DNA of 64,000 nucleotides from Batkoa obscura (Eukaryota): NCBI GenBank assembly GCA_030770535.1, contig JASVEC010000001.1, positions 2,046,001 to 2,110,000 of the forward strand, read 5' to 3'. Shown piece by piece: positions 25,201 to 35,355 of this stretch (position 1 is its first letter; each line of letters starts with the position of its first letter). The notes under the pieces were generated by a model. It saw only the letters and a program-made list of their open reading frames with translations, ran no database searches and was not told where the DNA came from. The position numbers and the translations under genes were made by a program.

Positions 25201-25485
25201 CAATTGCATTAAAGCGAAAAGATTGATAATATAATGTTGATCACTATTACTAAGGAATCCAACGGAACAGAATCCTTTATCATTAACATTTACTTTATCA
25301 ATGACACCTTTGAATTTATTACTAACATGATTTACACAGTTTCGAAAGTTAGAATAACTTAAATTTATCAATTGATCCTCTTGATAAAATTTTAAAATAC
25401 AGTTATCTTTAGTTTCTTCACCACTATTTTGATCTAAAATATCTAACAATCTTATACTTGAAATATCTACAATTTTTCCACTCAT
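22291..25485 (-). CDS. NRPS-like carboxylic acid reductase (A-T-R), ~1048 aa, intron 22924-22971
   Basis: Adenylation motifs HSSGSTAAPK, YGATE, GD, GR.ND. Carrier motif GLDSL. Reductase motifs TGANGSLG, GYNLSK (restored by splicing) and RVGQISG. Confidence 0.9.
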
Positions 25486-27090
25486 TATTAAATTATATAT
25501 TAAGTTAATTATTTAATTGTACTCTTATTGATTTTTTATCTCTTTTATACTTTTTGATTCAACAGTTATGGTTACTAAGGACTAATTATCCTAGCTTTAT
25601 ACTTTATACTATTTGTAAATTATAATGTCATTCTAAAATAAGCATTTTAATAGTAAAATGTATATTTCTACTATAACTATATAAATTTCAATTAATTACC
25701 TTGTTTTCCCTTTAATTAAACATAAATACAATATTAGCCTAAAATTATATAGGAGTAAGGGTAAACGTTTTATCTTTTTTAAAATATTTAAACATTTTGA
25801 TGATTTCAATATTTTTTAACTGATATCTACTATTACTGTTTTGCCAGCTTATTTTTATTAATATTATTTTAAAAAATAAATTAATGCAGTAATAAAATAT
25901 TTGATTTCATAAATCAATTAGCTTTGGTTAATAATTACTAAATTAAACTTATGAAAGTTTTAAAATTCTGGAAGTAAACAGGCCTTTCATTAATCTTAAT
26001 ATAGTCTTCTTTTCATTTGTCTATGAACTCATTATCCATTAGCAAATGTAAGATTGTAAAATTTTGTTTACATATTTTATTCATTCATACAAATAACGCA
26101 ACTTAAGTTGGAATTTAAGTTTGCTATTTATTTTAAAAGATTATTTATGACTGATGGGTTGCGTTTAAAAAACATTCAACTTCTATTTTCATTAAAGTCT
26201 TTTATTCTTAATAAAATAATGACTTGAGTAAATAAATGATTAAACAATATATTATTTTTAGACTGTAACCCATATTTTATTTAATAAACAATAGTTTGAA
26301 GACTAAGTAAACAACTCAAATAGAGTAACAAACGTCTAAGTAAATTAATTAAATTAATGACAATAAACGAGCCTCAACTTTATTTAGCCTAAAAGATTCA
26401 ACTAACATTCTAGAGAAGTTTAGAAAGTGCGAGGCTTTACAAGGCTGGGACTATGGAGATTAATAATTAAATAAGAATTTATCGATTTTTTTATACTTTA
26501 TTAAGATTAATTTCCACTAGAGCCATAAATCATTTGTTTAGTTATATAAATAGCTTATTCAACAATATAACATATCGGATAAAGATGAGGGTTATTTGAG
26601 GGTTTTTTCATTGCAAATGACATTTGTCAATATTTGTATGATATATATTAGTTATAACATTATAAAAGAATATGACAATTAATAGATAAATTCTAGTTTA
26701 ATAAATAAATGAACAGTGTGGATGTGTTTCAAGAATAAATAATATATTTTATTCTACAAAATAATGATAATAATAACTTAATCTCAAATATTATAAACTA
26801 ATAAATAAAATAAACTATTAGTTTTATTATTTATTGACTCATAAACTATTATTATACATAATATTAATTTTTTTAATTGATAGATGATGTATATATAGAT
26901 TATCTTTTGATTTAATTAAGTAGACTAGTTATTTAATTATTAGCCTACATTGTTTAGTTATTATTGATAACTAATCTTATATTTATTTTTAACAAATATA
27001 AAAACACGTATAATAATAATAAATCCTTATCAAATCTAGTTTATTAGTAAGCAATTTATAATAAAATAATTATTTATTAGAAATTAAGCA

Positions 27091-27211
27091 TATAGGGATG
27101 TATTTTTGTATTTTTGTATTTTTGTATTTGAGAATTTTATTAACAATCTTTCCACTCAAATAGCGCTTAAAAGATGAAAAAAGTGATGAAGCCAAAAAAA
27201 ACATCCCCATA
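27091..27211 (-). mobile_element. MITE-1 copy 8 with internal TATTTTTG expansion
   Basis: Reverse-complement consensus with an 8-bp unit triplicated. Confidence 0.88.
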
Positions 27212-27514
27212 TATAGATTAGTAGCTTAAATTGGAAGTAATGTATGATCCTTAATTATTTTAGATGTTTAAATGTTTATTTCATATGTAGGATTAGTATC
27301 TTCATGATAGGTAAAATGAATATCAAATAATAAATAATGAATAAATGTTAAAAAATAGTTCAAAATAAAGATAAGTATTAATTAATAGAAATTTACTATT
27401 TTTAGTAATTTTTTTAATCTTTTTTATATTTTTGTTAATAATCTGATAAACAATAATAAGATTAATAAAATATTAAATAAAACAAACTCATTAAAGCAAT
27501 ACTTTATTCAATAT

Positions 27515-27950
27515 CAAATTATCGGATCATAGCACGGATTTTGAATTATTAACTCATCAACTACCAATAGATTTCCTAACGTCATAGTTAATTTAACTCA
27601 AATCGGATTATGGACTATAAGCTAAAATTGTAATAAATCTCCAACTGTTCTTAGATTTAATTGACTTTTTAATTTTTTTTCTAATATAAAATAGAAATTT
27701 GCTAAATATAGTAAATTTTTAATATTAATATTTATGATGTAATGACACAACAATAAAAATTAATGAAAAATAGCATATAAATCAACCAACTAAATTACTT
27801 CTCTATTGTATTATCAATGTTATCGGATTATGGCTTAAGTAGAATTATTAACTTATCAATTTCAATAAGAAAATTTCTAGCATCATAGTTATTATTTTAA
27901 TATTGAATCATAGATTGGTATTTAAGTTGTAATATTCTTCAACAGTCCCA
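27515..27950. repeat. Diverged direct duplication (~135-bp cores, ~300-bp period)
   Basis: ttatcggat..gaattattaact.atcaa..tcatagtta..ttgtaata..ct.caac.gt occurs at ~27515-27650 and ~27815-27950. Confidence 0.6.
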
Positions 27951-27978
27951 GTTTCAATCAAGTTTTTGAAGTTGGACA

Positions 27979-28082
27979 TATAGGGATGTATTTTTGTATA
28001 TAAGAATTTTAATAACAATTTTTCCACTCAAATAGCGCTTGAAAGATGGAAAAATTAATGAAACCAAAAGAACATCCTCATA
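27979..28082 (-). mobile_element. MITE-1 copy 9
   Basis: Reverse-complement consensus. Confidence 0.88.
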
Positions 28083-29296
28083 TATTCAGTATCGATAAAA
28101 CATTTATAAAATATAAATTTAGTCTCAATAACTTTTACAAGGTAAATCATTTCGTCAGCTTTGTCAAATCCTTTTAAAGATTGCTTATAATATTATTACA
28201 TACTGCTCCAATGATTTCACTAGCAATCTTTCATTCCTCGTATATTGCTTTAACACCAATATCTTTTAAATGCTTATCTTCATCAACTAATATCACTTTA
28301 TTATGTTTTTCGATATTATACTTTGTAGCAGATTTTACAATATTAAAATAAATCTCAAGATTATAATCCTTACAGGATCTCAACAATGCGGGCACTCATT
28401 AAATCTCAATTGATTCAATAAAAAATTAACAAAGCTATTTTTATTTGATTCTAATGTATCAAACATCATCTTTTGATTTTTTTGAACTAGTTTAAGGTAT
28501 TTAATCATTGATTTCTCTTTCCTTGTGTAATGGTCGTTTATTTCCCTAGTTGTTTCTTAGTTTTTATATAAAAAATAGAATGTAATAACATTATGTGTTC
28601 CGCTTCCATTATCAAACCATTTACTTCTTCTTTTAAATCCTATTTTTAAGTTTTCAACATCTTGTCTACGAAATTGACTTGTGTATTATGGAATTCAAAC
28701 TCCATCTTTTAATACTACTCTCACTGTTCACTTTGGTCTAATACGAAAATGATATAAACCATGGGATACTGAAGGGAGTTTACCAAGTTGAGTGATGCCA
28801 GTTAAAAACATCATTAAGGCTTATTTTTTCTGTTATTCAAAATTAACTAGTAAAATTGAACTATCTCTGCTCTAGAAATCGATTTCCTAAAGAAAATTAT
28901 AATCGTCATTCTCATACTCTTTGTACCTGATTATTTCTTTTGCAATAAATCAAAGCTGGAAAAAGCAAAACCTTGGTTTAAATTAGTCCTTATCTGAAAA
29001 AACGCAATAACATAGTCATTATATAGGGAGCCCCTTACTCCTTGAATTACCTGTGTGTTTATAAACTGAAATTTAAAATGATGATAATAAACATGGCCAT
29101 ATTTTAAACAAACGATTATTTAATAAACTTGAATACAATATTAAATGTGACTTAATGTTGTATATCTAATCATGTTTTAAGATTATACAAATCTACAAAG
29201 GAAACAAAATGCTTAAATAAAAATAAAATATATGTAAAATTCAAAGAATGCCAAAGTTGATAAATATTTTTTATTTAAATGTTACAATTAGAAATA

Positions 29297-29389
29297 TATG
29301 ATGATATTTTTTTTGGTTTCATCACTTTTTCCATTTTTTAAGCACTATTTAAGCGGAAAAATTGTTAAACAAAAAAATACATCCCCATA
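29297..29389 (+). mobile_element. MITE-1 copy 10 (12-bp internal deletion)
   Basis: Reads attgttaaac instead of attgttagtaaaattcttaaac. Confidence 0.9.
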
Positions 29390-29421
29390 TCATAAGACTA
29401 AAGTCATAAAAAAGGATATAA

Positions 29422-29514
29422 TATGGGGATGTATTTTTTTGTTTAACAATTTTTCCGCTTAAATAGTGCTTAAAAAATGGAAAAAGTGATGAAACCAAAA
29501 AAAAAATCCTCATA
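29422..29514 (-). mobile_element. MITE-1 copy 11 (inverted twin of copy 10)
   Basis: Same deletion and substitutions as copy 10. Confidence 0.9.
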
Positions 29515-30282
29515 TATTAAATTCATAAAATAAAGAACACGTAATTTAAATTCAAAATATTAAAATAAAATAATGATTTTGAGATTTTAGATAAATCTTA
29601 CTACTGAAAATTCATACTTATTAAATCAATCAGCAATATATACTAAGATTATGTGCCCTGCTTATCTCTATTACCTTCGCTACTCAAACTATTGCCTAAA
29701 CACTTATCTGGGAAGCTAACTTCTTATCTTTCAATATAAATTTAAGGATTGAAAATCAAATATCAAAACTTTTTTGCTTTTACCTAATTATTAAGTATTT
29801 AAATCATCAAACGTGAATTTGAATGTTAATATTAATGGTAGAGATTAGGAATTAATTTTCAAACAATACTTATCAACTAGTAAGAAATAGTAATATAATC
29901 GTTAATTATAAAGAAATATAAAAGAAAAGAAAAAAAAATTTAATTGTAATTTCTGTATGACAATAAGATAATAAAACCTATATTTATTTTAAAAAATGAT
30001 TGTTTTTGAAAAGAAAATTTTCAATCTTTTAATTAGCCTTTTTGGGACAAATCAATTTAAAATGTAGCAACGGAGTTGGATACTTTTGTAAAATCTATAT
30101 GTTTGGAACTGATATAAACGATAATATAATGATGCTTGATAATGTAATAATAGTGATAAAATATTTTTAAGGTGAATAACAAAATAATAACTGTTTAGAA
30201 ATAACGAAAAATTATATATTCAATTTTAGAATAAAGTGAAATATAACATAGTAGTTGTAGTTAACATTAGGAAAATTATATT

Positions 30283-30357
30283 GAGTTAAAGCTATGATAA
30301 AAATATACAACGCTATTGAATTGGTGTAATAAAAAATAGTAATCATTGAGTATAAAA
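30283..30357 (+). promoter_or_regulatory. Conserved type-B upstream block plus TATA (B3)
   Basis: gagttaaagctatgataaaaatatacaacgctattgaattggtgtaat followed by TATAAAA at 30351. Confidence 0.55.
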
Positions 30358-30435
30358 GGGGAACTAAGAAAATCTTCTAAAATTATCAAATAAAAATTAC
30401 TACTTATTAAATACTACCTATTAAACAAATCAATA

Positions 30436-30684
30436 ATGAATACTAAATTAATTGCTCTTTTTATTGCCACCATCTTTGCTGCTCCAGCCATTGTTCGAGA
30501 TAAGGATGATTTTGGTGTTTCTGATTTCTTTGATGTCTTGTCTAAAGGATTAGCAGAGCAACCAGGTACAACTCCAGCGCCAGTCGATCCACCAGCTGCT
30601 AATCCACCAGTCGCTAACCCTCCAGTCGCTAGCCCTCCAGTCGCTAATCCACCACCGCTTGCTCCTCCAGTCGCTAAGCCTTAA
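30436..30684 (+). CDS. Small secreted peptide, type B (B3), 82 aa
   Basis: MNTKLIALFIATIFAAPAIV, then VSDFFDVLSKGLAE, then a tail of PP(A/V)A(N/S) pentapeptide repeats. Confidence 0.82.
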   Translation: MNTKLIALFIATIFAAPAIVRDKDDFGVSDFFDVLSKGLAEQPGTTPAPVDPPAANPPVANPPVASPPVANPPPLAPPVAKP

Positions 30685-30816
30685 AGGAATAAACTCTTAT
30701 TACTTCATATATGTTATTATCCATAATAAACATAAAAATCCAACTAAAGTTTAATAAATAATTCAATTATGATTTTTAATTCAATAATGTAATAAACAAT
30801 AATTTAGCAACTAACA

Positions 30817-30920
30817 TATGAGGGTGTTTTTTTGGCTTCATCACTTTTTCAATTTTTTAAGCGCTATTTGAGTGGAAAAATTGTTAATAAAATTCTTAAA
30901 CAAAAAAATACATCTTTATA
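30817..30920 (+). mobile_element. MITE-1 copy 12
   Basis: Consensus match; right TIR decayed (CATCTTTATA). Confidence 0.88.
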
Positions 30921-31011
30921 TTTTAAAATATACTTTTAATTTATCGATAAAAATTTAATAAGACTAATGTGTTATTGTATCAATGTATGATGCTCAAACA
31001 ACTTCCAATAT

Positions 31012-31265
31012 TTAAGCATTAAAAGTAGGCTATTAACATCTACTGCGGTAATGCTATCTTTTTTGATGTTTGGTATGGTGGTGACGGTGGTATGTATTAA
31101 GGTTAAAGGATTAGGCTGAAAAAATGGTGACAGTAAAGGGCAAAGCAGTGAAAAGAATGGTGGTAATATTATAAGTAATAAACAGGGTTTAATCCCACCG
31201 CTAACAGATGAAACAGGTATAGCAAAAATGGTACCAATAGAAAGAACAAATAACTTAATGTTTAT
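31012..31265 (-). pseudogene. Type-A secreted peptide pseudogene (A3)
   Basis: ATA AAC ATT AAG TTA TTT (ATG>ATA) gives INIKLFVLSIGTIFAIPVSSVSGGIKP...LPP. Upstream sequence is homologous to A1 upstream (cat.g.tatc..tttattgtcaa.aaaa.tttg); the 3' end and flank are homologous to A2. Confidence 0.7.
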
Positions 31266-31687
31266 TATAGAAAAGTTAATGATTACAGTTTATCCTTTAA
31301 TAGTTCAAACAGTCTTTTTTTGCGCCTCAAGAGTGAAATACAAGCAAAATTTTTATTGACAATAAACCCGATAGCTATGAAGTGGAATTTTACTAAAACT
31401 TCCCTTTAATGATTTTTATCAGAATCTTAAAAATAAATGCTTCAAAAATGAAAGTATTTTGAAGTTTAAAGGGTGTTAAAGTAGAAATTAAAGTTACCTA
31501 TTTAAAAATAAGTTAAGATTAAGAATACAATATTGGGCTAAAGCTATAATAAAAGGGTATAACGGTATTAATTAATGAAATTAAGGGCACTAGATATTGT
31601 ATATAAAGTACTAAAATAAAATCATTGTTTTAACTTTTCGAATAATCATCATAGTAAAACTAATAACACCTATTAAAGTAAGCACAA

Positions 31688-31918
31688 ATGAAGACTAAAT
31701 TTAGTTGTTCTCGTTATTGCTATTACCTTTGCTGTACCAGTCACTGTCCAAGATGTAAGGATTTAAGCGCTTCTGAACCTATTGACATTTCTAAACCAAT
31801 TGATATTTTAATTAAAAAACTCAAAGAACATAAGAACAAAGCTTTAGCGCCATTTATACCCCCTATAGTTAATCCACCACCGCCCGCCCCTCCAGCTGCA
31901 GCTCCTCTTGCTACTTAA
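31688..31918 (+). CDS. Type-B peptide gene (B4) with compensating frameshifts in the signal region
   Basis: The shifted frame reads VVLVIAITFAVPVTVQD, the family signal. The ORF frame has a Cys-rich N-terminus, then SEPIDISKPIDILIKK and a Pro/Ala tail ending PLAT*. Confidence 0.6.
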   Translation: MKTKFSCSRYCYYLCCTSHCPRCKDLSASEPIDISKPIDILIKKLKEHKNKALAPFIPPIVNPPPPAPPAAAPLAT

Positions 31919-32136
31919 ACTTAAAATAATAATTTATTTATTATCCTCATATACTATTTTTACAATAAAATACTTAGATTTATATTGTTTTTATATATGA
32001 CAATTATCAATAATGACTTTAATTTAATAACTAGTTCAACAATATAATAAGTAAATTAATGAGTTAACAATAAATAATTTAAAAAGAAAATTTTTGATTT
32101 ATTTATTTATAAAAATCAAATCAAAGTAAATTGCCA

Positions 32137-32241
32137 TATGGGGATGTATTTTTATGTTTAAGAATTTTACTAACAATTTTTCCGCCCAAATAGCGCTTAA
32201 GAAACGGAAAAAGTGATGAAGCCAAAAAAGACACCCCCATA
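32137..32241 (-). mobile_element. MITE-1 copy 13
   Basis: Reverse-complement consensus, intact TIRs. Confidence 0.9.
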
Positions 32242-32269
32242 TTAGTTTAAATAAAAGGTAAAAAGTGAT

Positions 32270-32400
32270 TAATAATATATTATCTACTGTAGGTAGCGGG
32301 AGGTGGTAATGAAAAAAATCGTGGATAGGTAGGAAATGGTAGGAAATATGTGTTTTGTATCTTGTAAGAAGGCTTTTACAATATAAGGAATCTTTTAGAT
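32270..32400 (-). pseudogene. Possible decayed type-A remnant (A4)
   Basis: Pro-codon-rich minus strand (PFPTYPRFFSLPPPAT). agccttcttacaagatacaaa weakly resembles A1 agcccattaccaggacacaga. No start found. Confidence 0.3.
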
Positions 32401-32679
32401 CTATAACCAACGCTTATATATATATTGAAACAGTGTATGATATGTGAATGGTTTATTCTTGAGTAAAATTTAACTACAGAAATCAAGAGAAAAATGAACA
32501 AGATTGCGATACAGTAAAGGACATTAAATTAAGGGAAGTGTTTCAAAGCTCATTTATCTTAGCGCTAAAAAGAAATGAATTGTGTTAACTAAATTAATAT
32601 TTTGTCTTAAATATATCAATCGAGGTATAAAATAGAAGTATACTAGTAAGATAAGGCAAAGTAACCTGATAATCAAGTA

Positions 32680-32802
32680 GCTAAAATTTTACATCTTCGA
32701 TTACTTCTCCTTCAAGTATGCCTAAATTCGTAATAATTTTACCTATACCTTTAAAAATAGCAATAATGGTAGTAATAATAAAAGCAAGGGGTTTAATTTT
32801 GT
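32680..32802 (-). pseudogene. Type-B-like remnant (B5)
   Basis: Leader ctattaaaccaattaata matches the B3 leader ctattaaacaaatcaata. The start codon is destroyed; the frame reads KIKPLAFIITTIIAIFKGIGKII...*. Confidence 0.5.
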
Positions 32803-33611
32803 TATTAATTGGTTTAATAGATAATGATTAGAATATTGATAACTGTTTTATAGTTTAAATGCTTTTGCCCTACTTTTTTATATTTAATAATAAATATCTC
32901 TTGTTATATTTATTTAACTATTATGTTCATTAATTATATTTTTAATTTAATATTATTATCTTAACACTAGTTATTATGTGACATTGGGACTTACTTTAAA
33001 ATAAAGATACATTTTAAATTTTTTTAACTTAATTATACTCATTGAAATTTGTAGTTTATGCATTAAAGTTGAAAATCAAATTAGATCATTTTTTAGTTAA
33101 AATGGTTCATTTGTTAATTTTAATTGATTCACTTTAAAATTAAACAAGTCAAAATATTTACAAAAAATGATAGAAAATGTCAATCAATGATTCAAATTTG
33201 GATAAAATAGATTAAAAAAGGCTACTACTTTTATAATTCTTTCAAATTAGATAATTCATGACTCTTGGTGTTGAAACTAAAGCAATTTTTATAAAAAATC
33301 TTTCTAAAAGGCTTAATTGCCAGAAAATTGAGTTAATATTTAAGCCACTTTTTTTAAGCTAAGGTCGTATTTAACTCCTAACAGTTAAACTACTCTTATA
33401 TTAATGAATTTGTATAATATTAATAAAAAAATAGAAAATGGCTATTTTTTAATAAAATATAAATTTGAAAACTTATTATCATTAATTTTATTAAAAAATT
33501 ATAAAAAATAATGAAACTCAAATTTAAAACTAATTAAAGTTTTAAATTGAGGGGTTTTTTAAACTTTCTCCAACTAAAATAATATTAAACCTGAAAATTC
33601 TATTATTCATA

Positions 33612-34234
33612 CACCTTTTATCCAAACGTTTGGCATGTCACTTATTTTTACAGACATATTTTTACGTTGATTTTTGGCAGATCAAGTTTGGTACTAAGTG
33701 GCAGGTAAATTTTAGCACTAAGTGGCAAATTATTATTGAAAAAATGGCATAAACTGTGCCAAATGTTATTACTTTTTTAAATCACTCATGGAATTTCAAT
33801 GTGTAATAGTAATAAAAATCTTGCATAGTTCTAATGAGAATGATTTTATAAATTACCCTATATGAGAATGTTTTTTTTGGTTTCATTATTTTTTTTATCT
33901 TTTAAGCGCTATTTGAGCGGAAAAATTGTTAATAAAATTGTTAAACACAAAAATACATCCCCATATAGCTTATTAGTAAACATTTTGTTATTTAAAAATT
34001 ATTCTTTCAATACATTTTTAGCAATATATTATAATTTCTTAATTGTATAAATAAAAACAATTTAAAAATATGCTTATTTTATTGAAAAAAGTTACTCTTT
34101 TTTTTTCAATAGTAATCTGCCATGTGATATCAACATTTATTTGCGAATTGAACCAAAACTTGATCCGTCAAAAGTAAACGTAAAAATTATACTCGTTAAA
34201 ATATGTAACATGCCAAATATTTTGATAAAAGGTA
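33612..34234 (-). mobile_element. MITE-2 copy B, carrying a nested MITE-1
   Basis: Reverse complement of 3169-3705 over its length. TA|CACCTTTTATCC...GATAAAAGGTA|TA. Confidence 0.82.
33861..33965 (+). mobile_element. MITE-1 copy 14, nested in MITE-2B
   Basis: Consensus match; absent from the homologous position of MITE-2A. Confidence 0.9.
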
Positions 34235-35355
34235 TATATCAAAATAAAACTGGTAAAAAGAAAGTGAAAAAAGATATACAAAATTAATTATTAAAATAAA
34301 ATTGAGATTTAATAAATTCTTACGAATAAGTATTTCAAATAGATTCCAATAATATCCAGTTTAATATTATTAAATCGCCATAAGTTTTATGAAAAATTAA
34401 AAATAACATTTTATTAATTTTTAATTTAATATGATTAACGCAAGATGATAACTTTTAACTACATCATTTTAATATTTATTTTTGGCACATTTCTTTTTCA
34501 TTAGTTCATGATTATTTTAAATCTAATTTTAAAATGTTAATTGATATTTTATTATAAAACAAATAAAATCTTTATCTTTAACTATTGAAAATTTGTTATG
34601 AAATAAACTATTATCTATGACAGTCAACAAAACAAATAAACAAAAATACAAAAAACTATTAATAATCTCCTTCTACTTGTTCTTATAATATTATCTATTG
34701 AAATTCAAAAAATAATAAATTCATTAGTGGTAAAAAGGAGGACACAGAAAATAATTTAATAAAAATAATCATTTTAATTGGCTAAATTCAAATTTTTTTG
34801 ATGGAGAAAAAGCTAGAACTATTTATTGTAGGGGTAAAATCAATTTTTTAAATTAGTTTCTATTTAGGTTTAGTAATTAAAAAAAAAGAAGATTGAGATT
34901 TAAGCATTAAAATTTAAAGGGAAAGTAGATTAAAAATTATCGGATTTTTAAGGAGGGTTTATTTTAATTATTTTATTAAATATGATTCATCGTTATGAAA
35001 TTATTGTATTTCTTTTCATTATTATTGTATGGTGATGTTATTTAAAGAAATATATTAAAATGACAAAACTTAGATAATTCTAATAATAGCTTTTTAGAAA
35101 TTCCATAATGCCAACTTACTTTTTACACCATGCTAAAAGTGAAAAGTGGAACCAATTGTTTTAATTGGCTAATATTTTATTTAACTAAGAATAAAAGTTA
35201 ACCTAAAAGAGTCAAAACTTTAGATTAAAATAAAAGAAGTGGTATGAATTTATTTTAATTTTTTAATCTTTTTATTTTATCTTTTTAGCTTATTGTTTTA
35301 TAAATTATTATTATTATTATTATTATTATTATAATATAAAAAATTATTGCATGTT

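Noticed and set aside
22291..25485. Calling the A-T-R gene LYS2
   Set aside because: It is shorter, lacks the Lys2 N-terminal extension, and its A-domain motifs (HSSGST..PK, GEKTNP) fit NRPS-like/CAR enzymes.
28100..29000. Possible decayed coding sequence on the minus strand (KVILVDED, FLTGITQLG)
   Set aside because: Frames are broken and the motif order does not fit a family I can name; needs BLASTx.
2545..33965. MITE-1 as a CRISPR repeat, SINE or ncRNA
   Set aside because: Copies are dispersed in both orientations with TIRs; no spacers, Pol III boxes or polyA tail seen.
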